NCBI GenBank assembly: GCA_010093605.1
Contig: MU004198.1
Span: 1,242,726-1,306,725 of the forward strand
Reading direction: 5' to 3'
From: Lophium mytilinum
Taxonomy: Eukaryota
Length of the DNA stretch: 64,000 nt
The notes under the pieces were generated by a model. That model was not told where the DNA came from and searched no databases. It saw nothing but the letters and a program-made list of their open reading frames with translations. Within the stretch, counting starts at the first letter, position 1. Each line of letters begins with the position of its first letter. The translations under genes were made by a program, and so were the position numbers. Below are positions 36,052-47,817 of the stretch, one piece after another.

Positions 36052-36571
36052 ATGCCCATCATCTACATCCTCTACAACGCTGACGCCTCTATCATGGGCA
36101 AGCTCAAATACTCCTACCGCAAGTTAAAGTCCTCCCCCGACTGCGAGCCTGCCTGCGCTGCGTGTGACATCACGCACGGCGGGCTCTCGCTGTGCGAAAC
36201 ACCGGCGTGGGTCAGCGCGAAGAAGGAGATCGAAGCGTCTGGGGCGGAACTGAAGGTGGTGCAGTGGCATCGGGATGAGATTGTGGGACCGGTAAGCTCG
36301 TCCTTCTTACATGGCTTGGTCTTTGTGCGGATGTGGGGAATTGCATGGAAAAGGTGATAGCTTGGTGGGCTAACGGATGTGTGTGTAGTTGAAAGACTGG
36401 ATTAAGGAGGAGGGGATCAGGTACCCCTCTGTCGTTTTGGCTAAAGACACGGGGTTCGAGGAGGTCATGGGCGCGAGCGAGTTAGCGGGGTGTAAAGGGG
36501 ACGCGACCGTTTTTGTGAAGGGGTTGAGGATTAAGGGGGTGCTGGCTAAGGGGGGTGAATCATCTTTGTAA
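36052..36571 (+). CDS. Small CxxC protein of unknown function (2 exons, intron 36292-36388)
   Basis: MPIIYILYNADAS...CAACDITHGG...W...QWHRDE|...RYPSVV; GTAAGC/GCTAAC/TAG intron signals. Confidence 0.8.
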
Positions 36572-37007
36572 GCTCGATTGGGATAGTAGTTTTGATTTTG
36601 GGGTTGAGCGTTCGGTGCTCGTGGGACAGCCTTTCTGCTTTGCTCGAGGCAGTGTAGGCGTTTAGAGTCTATGAAAGTCGTCTTTACCGTAATGAAGCTT
36701 GTGATACTATCTGCGTCGATACCTATGGGCTGTGCGTGATAGCCATGTGGAGCAAAGCTAGTTATCATTAGTGTTCAAATCTACCACTTAGCTGCATTCC
36801 AAATACCCAGCAACCGAGCGAATGAGTTCATTGTTCTTTCATGCAGATAAGCAGCTCTGCATAACCTCAATTGTTAAACTTCAACTTGGCCTTGCCGACA
36901 GAGCCGACTTCCACACAATCATCTTCAACCTCAGGGATAGAAGACGACCCATCGCTCCATCCCCCCAAAGCCTGTGATCCCAGTGAAACCACCACCTCCT
37001 GTCCAAC

Positions 37008-38399
37008 ATGGCCTCAAATCCCCCGCCCCAACTCCCACCCGGCATGACCTCCTCCCTCCGCGGCATCAGCGAGACATACAGCTTCCACGCTTCTCCAGAA
37101 GCCTTCATTGCCTCACGCGTGCTAGCTTACCAGAAAGAACATCCGTCTCTTGGGACTTCGCAGGCCATCATCCGCGCCAAGATTCTGAACAGGAACGTTG
37201 CGGTCGTCTCATCGCATGCTCAGATCACGCATATCTTGAAGAGTAGCGACGGCTACACCGCCGGCGCCGCCTACGCCGAGCTAATGGCGCCGTTCTTCCC
37301 GTCGCCGAATCTCCTGCTCCTGGAAGGGGAAGAGCACGTCCACATACGACAAGCGTGGGAGGGACGATTGGAGGGTATGTTTGGGAAGGTGGAGGGGTTG
37401 GTTAAGAGGTTGACGAAGGAGCATTTCGCACCGCTGGCTAACGGGGAAGAGGTGGAGCTGTACGAGACTCTGAAGACGCTGTCTTGGAAGATCTTGCTGG
37501 GTGTGTTCATCAGTTTGATACCCGAGGAGGATGAAATCGATGTAGTCGAAAAGCACCAGGAGACGCTGCTAAGAGGGCAATTTTCACTGATGCCGATCAG
37601 TGTAAATGCCGGGTTCTGGCACTCGCCGCGGAAGCGCGGGATCGATGCAAAAACGAGACTGCAGGAGATACTGGGGGAGAGGTTGAAGGAAGATCCGGCG
37701 CGCTGCCCTTTCAATTTGTCGAGTGGGGAGCAAATTGATGAGGCGGCAAATCACTCTGTGTTGTTCACCAGCAGTCTGGCTGCGAAGGCGATCGCGTCGT
37801 TCATGACTGCTCTCTTCTTGAACATATTCTTTTTCCCGGGCTCAAAGAAGGGTTTTGCGGCGACGCTTGCGAATACGGCGGACGGAGGTTCTTGCAAAAA
37901 AGCTCTTCGAAGCATTGTCCTCGAAACCGAACGCCTGAGCCCGCCCATCGTTGGGATCATGCGGCGGTCGACACAAGAGAATACGGTGCCGTCTCCACAC
38001 GATCAACCGGATGGTCTGATACCTTCTGGGTGGGACGTTTGGCTATACTTCGTCGGTGGAGGACGCGATCCGACCATCTACGGAGACTCTTGGGGTCGTT
38101 TCGAGCCGGGAAGGTACCTGGACAGCGACGTATCTCCCGCATTCGCGTTCGGTGCCGGCTCGAAGACCTGCCTTGGACAGCATCTCATCCGCGAGATTGT
38201 TACGGCAGTGGCTGAGGCATGTCTGGATATGCGATTAAATCTTGATGGCGATGTGACGGCGAGTGGAGTTCGTGCACGGCTTGGATGGACTGAGAACGAC
38301 GAAGTCTCTCCTGAAGTTTGGGCTGCGGATATGAAGCAACTCCCGACACAACACCCAACCAAACCAGTGCGAGTGCGAATAAGCTCTGGGACGTCGTGA
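37008..38399 (+). CDS. Atypical cytochrome P450 (no N-terminal TM anchor)
   Basis: ETERLSPP (ExxR), FEPGRY (PERF-like), FAFGAGSKTCLG heme motif; intronless 463 aa. Confidence 0.9.
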   Translation: MASNPPPQLPPGMTSSLRGISETYSFHASPEAFIASRVLAYQKEHPSLGTSQAIIRAKILNRNVAVVSSHAQITHILKSSDGYTAGAAYAELMAPFFPSPNLLLLEGEEHVHIRQAWEGRLEGMFGKVEGLVKRLTKEHFAPLANGEEVELYETLKTLSWKILLGVFISLIPEEDEIDVVEKHQETLLRGQFSLMPISVNAGFWHSPRKRGIDAKTRLQEILGERLKEDPARCPFNLSSGEQIDEAANHSVLFTSSLAAKAIASFMTALFLNIFFFPGSKKGFAATLANTADGGSCKKALRSIVLETERLSPPIVGIMRRSTQENTVPSPHDQPDGLIPSGWDVWLYFVGGGRDPTIYGDSWGRFEPGRYLDSDVSPAFAFGAGSKTCLGQHLIREIVTAVAEACLDMRLNLDGDVTASGVRARLGWTENDEVSPEVWAADMKQLPTQHPTKPVRVRISSGTS

Positions 38400-39065
38400 G
38401 ATCTGATGGAAGTTACATAGATACCTTTGATAAATGAGAAGCCTCACATTCGTCTATTTAGAGGCCCACAACCGGCGATTGGTCGTAAACGCTTGAGTTC
38501 GCTCTGGTTGACGCTGTTTGAGAGCTTGCAACTCCTCTAGGATTGGGACAGGCTCCCGGACTACGCCATACGGTAGCGGTCCACTGTACATGAACTTCTG
38601 CGTTGGCACAGGAATTTGTCACTATCATGCTTGAACAGGATAAGCGCTGCACTGCACTGCCTACGTGTAAGCAAACGCGTGGCCTTCGTATCCGTATACA
38701 TCTCGTTGCCATACTGGCCCAAAACGCTTAGCTAAGATGATGCTAACCATGGCGGGCGAGGTTACCTTTACCGAACCTCTCATACGAGAAGACCACCTCC
38801 CGAAGGTATTCGGAGCACACTGGGGAGAATGGTGGGTTGTATCGAGCAAGAGCTGCGGGCCGAACTACAACATCTAACACTTTACGATGCATTCAAGATC
38901 TTGGTACGGTGCTGAAGGGACTTCAGACGCTGCTAAAACGCCGAGAAGCCCGAAACTAGAAGCGTCAAAGTAGACATGTTGCACAGCGGTGTATTTCATA
39001 CCTCATATACAAACTAGTGGGAAGAGCCAAACTTTTGTTTCATTTCTCATGACATCGACTCTTTT

Positions 39066-41835
39066 CTACGACCTCATATCCGTCGTGAAATCCTCCGAAA
39101 GCGGCACGATTGCTTTCAAGGTTAAGCTCCCCCTACTCGCGTCATACAGCATCGTGGATTTCACATCCGCCGGTTTGCTCGCACCCAACACAACCACTCC
39201 ACTGATCACAGAGGTCGTGTTATACCCGTAGCTTCCCTGCATCTTGAAAAACCCCTTGTCGTAAGTAAAAGTGATATACGACGTATGCGGCTGCTCGATT
39301 GCATCGCCCTCGTCGAGATAGAGCTCCCCTGCTGCCTGATCGGTGGCATTCGGCGCAATCCATAGCACGAAATCCTTCTTCCTCAGCTCCGTCGTCGTAT
39401 TCGCGCTGCTAGCTCGAAGTGGGATGATCGAGCCGCCTTTCACATGCAGCGGGATGGAGGTGAAGGGCACATCGTCGAGCGTGACCCACGACCCGTTGCC
39501 TTGGACTCTCTCGCCAGTCCAGAAGTCGTAGAAGATGTCGTTCGGGAGATAGATATCCACGCTGGTGGCGTTCTCCTCGGTGACGGGCGAAATGAGGATA
39601 GAGTCGCCGTAGAAGTATTGGTATTGGATAGGGAAGGTGTTGGCATCTTCTGGGTACATGAAGAAGAGCGGGTTCAAAAGGGGGTCTCCGGAGGTGGATT
39701 GGCGGTAGAAGGCTGTGTAGATGTAGTCGAGAAGGCGGTAGCGGACATCGATGGCGATCTTGGCTGCTTCCGCGACTTCGGGCCAGCGGTAGTACTCTTG
39801 TGCGATGGAGGTATCGCCGTCGTGGTTGCGGTAGAAGGGACTGAATGCACCGAGCATGGCCCACCGTGAGCAGAGAGTAGTAGTAGTGTTGCCACCGAAT
39901 CCGCAGGTATCAGCGCCGACCATTGGTATCTGGAAGATGGCAGCGAATTCGAGTATCTCGGCGATAAGATAGCGATAATGGTCCCAGTCACTTAAGTTGT
40001 CTCCCAGCCAGTGACCAACTTTAGTGCCAGCTCCAGCAAACTATACTCATCAGCAAAGGCAGTGGATAAATTATGGGGACGGTAGTTACCGTGCTTCGGG
40101 TGATAATCATCGGCCGACGTTCCGGGCGGCGAGTCAGCATGGCTTCTCTACTAGCTGAGGACATCAATGAACCATATAAGTTATGAGTATCGTACTGAGT
40201 GGTGCCGCCGTAATTGACTAGATTAGTGGCAAGGGTGAGATTGCTAATAGAGCCTGCTGCGTTCTTGATCGAGTAGGGTGGATCGATGAGATTCCTATCT
40301 GGCAGCCCCAGCATGTTTCCATCCGATCCGCGATTGATCAATCGTCTTGAGATAGATCCAGAGGGTTGAAAGTCGGCTGGGAATCCAGCGATCACTCTAC
40401 CGGAGTTGCTTCGAACTGGCGGAGGCATGGGAGGGTCTCCAGCTTCAGCGGCGAATCCTTCTGGATCCGAGCAAGGATAAGGGCAGAAGTTTGACGCTTC
40501 GTTCATATCAATCCAGAGCGCATCAATGTCGACACCGGTCTCTGCACTGAAGAATGACAGAAACTCGTTGTTCCAGTACGTTTGGACATCAGGGTGGAAC
40601 CAATCCGGAAATGACGCAACTCCAGGCCAAACTACTCCCTTATAAATTGACCCATTGTCTGTTTTGAGGAAGATGTCTAGGTCTGCTCCATTGTTGAAGC
40701 CGGGGTAATCTTGGTAAGCCACGGCTGGGTCAACCATGACGATATAGTGTTGCTGGTGATCATGAAGATACGTGACGAGTTCCCGGACCTTCTCGAGAGG
40801 GTATCGATCCGGGTCTAGAGTGAAAACTTTGCGAAGTTGCATGTAATCGATATCGGTCCACATCGTTTCGAGTGGGATTCCTGCCAGCGAATAATTGGCA
40901 ACAACTTCCGCCACTTCGTAGACATCTCGGTAGCCGTACCTGCACTGGTGGTACCCAAATCCCCAGTAGGGCATCATCACCGGACGGCCAACGACCTCGG
41001 AGTATTGCATACTGACTTCTTTTGGGTTTGGACCAGCTAGGAAATAAAGGTCAATCACTCCACCAAGGGTGTTATATTCTAGGTATTGGCCTTTGGTGTC
41101 ATTGATCTTGATGTCCATGCCGTTCGAATTGAGGAGGAATACGCCATGAGTGCCAGAAGCACCACGGTGATCAAAATATACAGGGTGGTTTCCGTACAAA
41201 TTGGTTCCATTTGGCGTCCCGTAAGCATCACGGCTCCACAAGGTCCGGGTGTAGTTCGTGGTGTTGAGTTGGAAATAATCCGTGTGCTCCCCGAGGCCAT
41301 ATAAATGAGGCGATTCGGGTAACTTAGTGCGGAGGCGGAGATACTGAGATTCGAAGACGATTGGTGTATCCGAAGTGTCAAAAAGCGTCTCATTGGTGGA
41401 TTTTCGAATCACGGAAAATGAGAAGGGCTTCTCTGTGAACGAGAACTGCAGAGCGGAATCCGCAGGGCTGCATGCGGCGCTCGAAGGACGTGGAAAGACG
41501 GTCTCGGGGACTTGATAGACATTGCTTGCTGCATCGTATATTTTCACGTGGAGTCGGGTTTCTTGAAGAAGTTAGCTATGGTTCGTTTTCCAACGTCAGA
41601 GTCGCAAACCTGTCTGTAGTTCAACTTCCAGCTTCAAATCGGTCAGGTCATCGCCATAGGTGTTGCAAGAAGGACCAGCAAGGGTCAACTCCGCAGTGAG
41701 AACACCGCCTTTGTCCACCACATTAGATGCTGCATATCCAGGGCACTGTTCAAGAGAAAGCTGTCTTGGCCGAAGGACATTCGAGGAGGCTCTCGCCGCG
41801 CACGCAAGAAATGCAAAATGCCGACTGAATATCAT
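39066..41835 (-). CDS. Secreted GH31 alpha-glucosidase (3 exons)
   Basis: Signal peptide, [24 protein letters not shown] nucleophile motif, HNLYG, HWLGDN, GADTCGF, PFYRNH. Confidence 0.95.
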
Positions 41836-42464
41836 GATGAGGTCTCGGAGCAGCCTTGTCCGATGAACCTGATGAGCCAGAGTTTAGGAACGTAGGGATT
41901 TTCCCATTATATAGCTTGTTACGTGTTTCTGCGTCTCTCCGCACTCCTTGGCAATCCTACCGAGTGGAGTTGCTTCGTCATAAGATCGGCCGGCGAATAG
42001 ACTGGAAGTTGACCATTTCGCGTGCTGTCCATCACGGGCGGGTGTGGCGGCCGTGCCTGGTTACATCGTCTTAGCATTTCCCCGCATCTCACCCGACCGA
42101 TCCATCGCTCATTAGTAGCAGAATCAGCTTTTTATCCGAGAAACTTTCCGAGCCAAGAGGCTGGGGGACGGCACGCTGAGCATGGATGTGGCTTCGAAAA
42201 TGGTGATGTGGTGAGGGGGTCGTCAGTCTGGAACTCAACCTTAAAAAAGAGTTGCCCTGATCCTAGCTTGGTGGCGCCGAGAGTAGCATGCTTTAGGGTG
42301 GTGTTGGGAAGCGGGGACTAGGGGGTTCTGCGGCCACAAAGCAATGACTTCTCATGTCACGTCGAGGTCCTCCATGCATCTTGAACTTCATGAAGTGGGG
42401 TCGCCACTCACTGTAATTCTCAAAAGCGTGAAATATCAATTAAGTTCGATGCCATACCAATTTT

Positions 42465-42678
42465 GTTGAAGCCTATACACACCCGTTTACCACTGCTCGG
42501 GACTGCTTGGGGTACCCCCAAAAGTTTTAAACGTACTGACGCGATGTCAAGTTCCGGGAGGTGCAAAACAGACTGCTTCTTAACTCACTGCCCACAAACT
42601 AGCTGGGCTACTCCTCACAGTGGTGTCAAGCGAGCAAAATTAGCGCCGAACAGTGACAAGTCCGTGTGCCTAGACATA
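42465..42678. repeat. Dispersed non-coding repeat, copy 3 (inverted relative to copies 1 and 2)
   Basis: Reverse complement reads tctaggcacac...ttttgctcgcttgacaccactgtgaggagtagcc...gtctgttttgcacc...cttgacatcgc...ttttgggggtaccccaagcagt. Confidence 0.55.
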
Positions 42679-42811
42679 GATCGATGATGATGCATTGAAT
42701 CTGAAGCTACAGACTACATGGTATTATATTTTTGGTGGAATCTGTAATGGGCATGTCTTGAAGCAAATTATTCCTCCAATGTGCATTCGTTCGTCACCCG
42801 GGGTATCTCTT

Positions 42812-43424
42812 TCAAACCGCAAGCATTACTCCAGCCATAGCACCTCCAGCAACCGCTCTCAAGATCTGTGGATAGGCGATCACTGCCGCACCAGTACCGG
42901 TCGGGGTCGCTGCTGACTGCGTAGAAGAGCCAATCGTAGCTTGCGTAGTGGTAACGGTAGGAGTAGGGGTCTTGGACAGGACCGTTGAGTTCGAGGTGGA
43001 TAGGATCGAGAAGGTTTCGATGATGGAGGGCGTGGAAGTGATCTCAGAAACCACGCTGACGGTAGTTGGGACTGCGGAGACTGTTGTGACCGTGGTCCAA
43101 TCGCTCCAGCCTAGATGTGTCAGTGAAGTGCTGCAGCGGAAGGGTTGGTACTTATTCACTATGTCCACTAAAAGTGTTGTGGATGCTCCAGCTCTGCCAA
43201 TCTGAACCAGTGAGTGACTCGGTGTGGCATCCGAATCCGCCTTCCCGCGGCCAATCCGTGCAAGCGGTCGGGAGGCTGGTGGGGTATGAGCTCGGCCAGG
43301 TGGTATGGACAGTAAAGATCTCTTCGGTAGTCTGATCCCAGTGGAAGAAGCTGTCAGTGGTAGCTTCGTCAGCCAACGCGAAGGCGGAGAGGCCGAAAAG
43401 GAACGTGATAGCTTTGAGAGCCAT
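42812..43424 (-). CDS. Small Ser/Thr-rich, probably GPI-anchored cell-surface protein (2 exons)
   Basis: Signal MALKAITFLFGLSAFALA; intron 43159-43111 (GTGAAT...CTGAC...TAG); S/T-rich stalk; hydrophobic tail TGAAVIAYPQILRAVAGGAMAGVMLAV. Confidence 0.75.
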
Positions 43425-44640
43425 GATAGCCGTTGGTGAGCTTGAAGCTGGAGTTGTTGACGAGAGTTAGTGAGCAGGCTGTCAGTTGATATATCGCAAC
43501 GGCTGGAGGAGCCGACCTGGACGCGTGGCAAGAGCTGTGGTAGGTCGAACCTTGGAAGGCAGGTGGTAGCAGCGAGCGAGGTACAAGTGCCTAGGTGAGG
43601 TGGACAAAGGTAGGACCGTCACCAGATGAGGCAGGAAGAGACTCTTGTTTTCTGTGTGAACAGTAATGCCGATTTTGCCAGTTCAGCCATCGAGAGACTG
43701 CCCTTGCCCAAACTATGGGCCAGGAACTCAACGCTGTCCGCACCGTTTGCCAGGACTGATGGTGGGGGAGCCGGCGAGGCTGAGAGTTGACAGCTGAGAG
43801 AAGATCTGCGTGAGAATGCTTGGCAACGCTATTCTAAACCTCAACCTTGGAATAGTTGATGCAGGCGTCCGATCTACCTACAATCTTCACACCCCTAAAT
43901 CAACTACATCTGTATCCTATCATCGTAGAGCACCTCAGGTACATCCATCACGCCGTAAATCTCCTTCTATGCACCACTCGAAAAGAAGAAGACAGTATTG
44001 CCAAAAGACCTGCTGCAATGCAGTAATCGACGCTCTTCCACTCCGGAGGCCTAGAAAGGTCAAAATAGACGTCGAGCCTGAATTGCCTCCCAAACCTTGA
44101 CAAGGCTCTAATCGTGATGGTCTCCCTTCCGTTGGGATACGTGAGTGAAGATCACAGTACCGTGCGAGACCCTTGTCCAACCATTCCCCACGAAGAAGTT
44201 CGTATTTCTTGTCAATTCCCTCTCTTCTAAATGTCCCAATAAAATAATGCCGGCCGTCTGGCTAGCATTCTCGTACCTCAACAACTTTTCAGCTTTAGGT
44301 CTCTATTAAGCCTTGCTGTCAGTATCACGTGAAGAGATATATACAATACCATACGTTTAGGCAGGCGGCCCTTCTCGGCTAGCCTGAAGGTAGTCTGATT
44401 TCAACTCCAGCAACCACTCCGTCTCATTTGGAGTTTTCAAAGCCGGCTGACGCACCACAAGCAGGTGCAAAAAATCCCCAAAGTTATATATCAGTACTGT
44501 ACATGGCACTTTGATAGAGCAGATAGGTATTTGCAAGACAACGGCCAATCCTTTCATTTTTTCGTTGCCCACATAAGGCGTCGGTCTTCATTACAATGCG
44601 TCACGCATTACCATAGTGCTCGTCAGACAATAACACCGAA

Positions 44641-46402
44641 CTACGCAAAGTGCCTGCTCCTCAACCCACCACCCACATACGCTCTCTTCTCCAGCCCTTC
44701 CTTCTCACCCAGAATCTCCCGCTTCGAATACGCCGTCTTCTCGCTCGTCAAGCACTCGTTCTCCGCACAGTCCGCAATCACCGCACTCGCCAACCGCCCC
44801 TCATAGTACGCCCCCTGCAAGTACCCAAAATACTTCCTGCTCGTCCCCTCGCCTGCAAAAAAGAGCCTCTGGCTTTGCGGATTCGGCATATCCGGGTCTG
44901 GCAGCGGTGCGCGGATCGCATTTTGCTGCTCCACCGTCGCGCCGGCGCCCCAGTTGGTGAAGGTGCCGCGGAAGAGTGGGTCGAGCGTCCAGCGCGGGAT
45001 CACGATTTCGATGGGCGAGGGGATCCCCGCGCCGTACATGGTGCGCAAGACGGCCATGCAGGCGTCGATGACTTCTTGCTCGGTTTGAAGCTCGGCTTGG
45101 TATGCTTGTTCCGAAGTCAGAGTTACCATGAGCAGGTTGGAGCCGGGGTAGAACTTTTCAACGTCGAAGGACTGCCAGACGGCGTAGTAGCCGCGTTCGT
45201 CGGGGTCGGCGTAGACAGAGAACTAGAGCGTGATGCTGGTAAGCAAGGGTTCAATTAAGCGTTGGAAAGGGAGAGGTGGTACAAGTCACAGCGCCTAGAC
45301 AAACAGTATATACTGCTGCTCGGCACTGTCGGGGGGTCCGCTCGTTGCACTGTCAAGAATTCGAAATAGATTCTTAAGGTACCGCAACGCAACAGAAACA
45401 GTACCAAGAGCATAAGTCATGTCGTAGTACTTTACGTACCTCGGTGTCATTCCAGAACTTGGAAGGGAACTGCACGAAAATCTTCATGTACGTGGCCATG
45501 TGAAAATTCGCAATGGCATCTTTCTTCCAGTCCGGCAGGCCAGGCTCGAACGTAACATCCGTGTTCTGCAAGACACCAATACTGAACGTGCACAGCGCGA
45601 AATCGGCTTCGATGGTCGTATTGTCCGCGGTTGTAACAATGACACCATCTTTGCTGTACGCGATTGTGGTCACCGTCTCGTTGTACAGGATCTTCTCCGC
45701 GAGATTAGGGATCTCGTCCGCTTGACCTTGCGCAATCATGCGGAACCCCCGCTTGTCGAAGACGAAGTTATTGGAGCTGTTGCCAAAGCCGTCGAAGTTG
45801 TAGATGAAGCTGTTGATGTTCTGGATGAAGCTCGACTGGACCGGCGGCTCGGCGTACTCCCAGTCGAATTCGAAGTACTCCGCCGTCTTCTCATATGGCG
45901 TTTTTGCAACCCATCCCGCTAGATTCAGCCCGGCGCGGAAATTGAGGTCGACCTGCCCGCGCTCCTGGCGGAGATCTGAGATCTTGGTCGCGTTGACTAT
46001 AGCCTGTTCTTCATATCGATCGAAGGCCTCTCCCAGCTTCCCGTCAAAGTCGTAACCGCCACCGTCAAAGTAGTCGATATTTTCCCAGTCGCTGAATGCA
46101 TTGGTAACATTGTACTTTTGTGCGAGGGCCCAGATGGGGTTCGTCCCGAGGCCTTGGACCCAATTGGCTCCGATCTCGATGGGATACCCGCCGATGGATG
46201 TAGGTTTCAGTCGGCCGCCAACCTCAGGGAGGGCCTCGACGATGATGAAGTCGGCGATGTTACGCTCGAGGGCGAGAGCTTTGGCGGCTGTCACGCCAGT
46301 CAGACCAGCACCTAGGATGACGACTTTGGTTTTGTGGACTGCATCTTCTGCTAGGATGACAGCGGAGAAGAGGGACGTAAGGAGAGGAATGGAGGGCCGC
46401 AT
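44641..46402 (-). CDS. Secreted flavin-containing polyamine oxidase-like amine oxidase (2 exons)
   Basis: VVILGAGLTG, EALPEVGGR, IEIGANWVQG, CTFSIGVLQ, YMKIFVQF, RWTLDPLFRGTF, FFAGEGTS...GYLQGAYYEG; intron ~45439-45223. Confidence 0.92.
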
Positions 46403-47129
46403 GATCGACGAAATGAGAGGATCAGGGATCTAAGAAAGACTCCGGATGGCTGTGTCAAGGTAGGAACTCCACGACTTTTGTACGTGCGGGCACGCTCACA
46501 AGCTCTGTGACTCTGCCGTACATCCAATATTCTATAGCAGCATAACAACAAGCGGGGCGCTACACTTGTCCGAGGTTAGACTAAGACTCTCTACATCCTC
46601 ACCTATCAAAGCCTTTTCAAATACATGTGGACCGTACGAGATGTGGAGCCTTACTTGTTCAAGCAAACCCTGAAGTTTTGCATCTAACAGAAAGAAGCCA
46701 GCTGGAACTGAGAAAGGAAGCCTGATCCATACCCAGGATCCGAAAGGGAAGCCGAGAACTGGATCGGTACAGGCCGCTGATGCGAGATGGGCTTGGCTGC
46801 ATGTCAGCTCGATGCAGATGCATGGTGGAGCTTTGTTCTACTAATGGCATTGGCGAAAAGAGCTGGGTGTGCGCTATTACTTTGCATCTTGCATCACAGC
46901 AAACGCGGTGTGATTGATCTTTCGGAGCAATTCGATCGGCTGCGGCTTGTGGAGAAGCGCCCTTAGCGTACTCTAGCCCGGTTCGGTATATTAAGGCGAC
47001 GCAGCTCCACATTCGTTCTGACGGGACGAGCTTCGCTGCACGCCCAGAAAGCTACCAGGATGGCCAAGAGTACACAGGCAGGACCAGGCCCGCAAAGAGG
47101 ATGTGCCCTCGCCCGGATCTGAGGACTAC

Positions 47130-47342
47130 CAGACTGTCGGCGCATGCGGTGGCCTAGCGCGGATATCAATCCACCGATTCAGCCGTTAAAGTAGGTTAAC
47201 TAGTAAAAGTAACGTGCTCTTTAGCAGACTAAGCTCCGCTTCGGTAAAATTTGTACATGAAAGGGTTTCCTCCATTCTAGTCCCGCCTGTTTTAACTGTG
47301 GCTTGATATCCGCGCTAGGCCACCGCATGCGCCGACAGTCTG
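47130..47342. repeat. Perfect 40-bp inverted repeat (47130-47169 / 47303-47342), long hairpin
   Basis: cagactgtcggcgcatgcggtggcctagcgcggatatcaa and its exact reverse complement; imperfect pairing extends inward and outward. Confidence 0.9.
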
Positions 47343-47817
47343 TATCATTCGGTCCGACCGGAGACCCTTCTAGAGCGTTGAAAGTTCCACCTCTCTTTGA
47401 ACTTGCCGAGACCTTCATCACTCATCCAATGCTTCATGGGGACACAAACTCGTCTCATGGCTGTGCTGGAAGAGCAGGTGGGTGGGAGGAGAGGAGGAGA
47501 GGGAGGAAAGACAGATGACGCTAGGGACGTCAAGTGTTACCATCCCACCTCTGTGACATAGACTTCTTATTGAAAACTTGCTAAAAGACCTTACTTTTAT
47601 ACCCTGAAACGCTTGCTCGCGACTGCCTAAGATGCTTCAGTGCCTTTCGAAAAACCTAGATGTTTGCAAAGGTCTAGAAAGAACATGTCTATGAGTCTTA
47701 GAATGCTTCTGCTTGACCTATATTAGTATTTTTCGGGGGTCCTTAACAAATTATCGAAATCTAGTACTATATCAACTTGGTATCCTCTATTAGCGTCTTT
47801 TGCAACGTTCAACACAA

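Noticed and set aside
45223..45439. Long amine-oxidase intron containing cactgtcgggggg, similar to the dispersed repeat
   Set aside because: Match too short to support by eye
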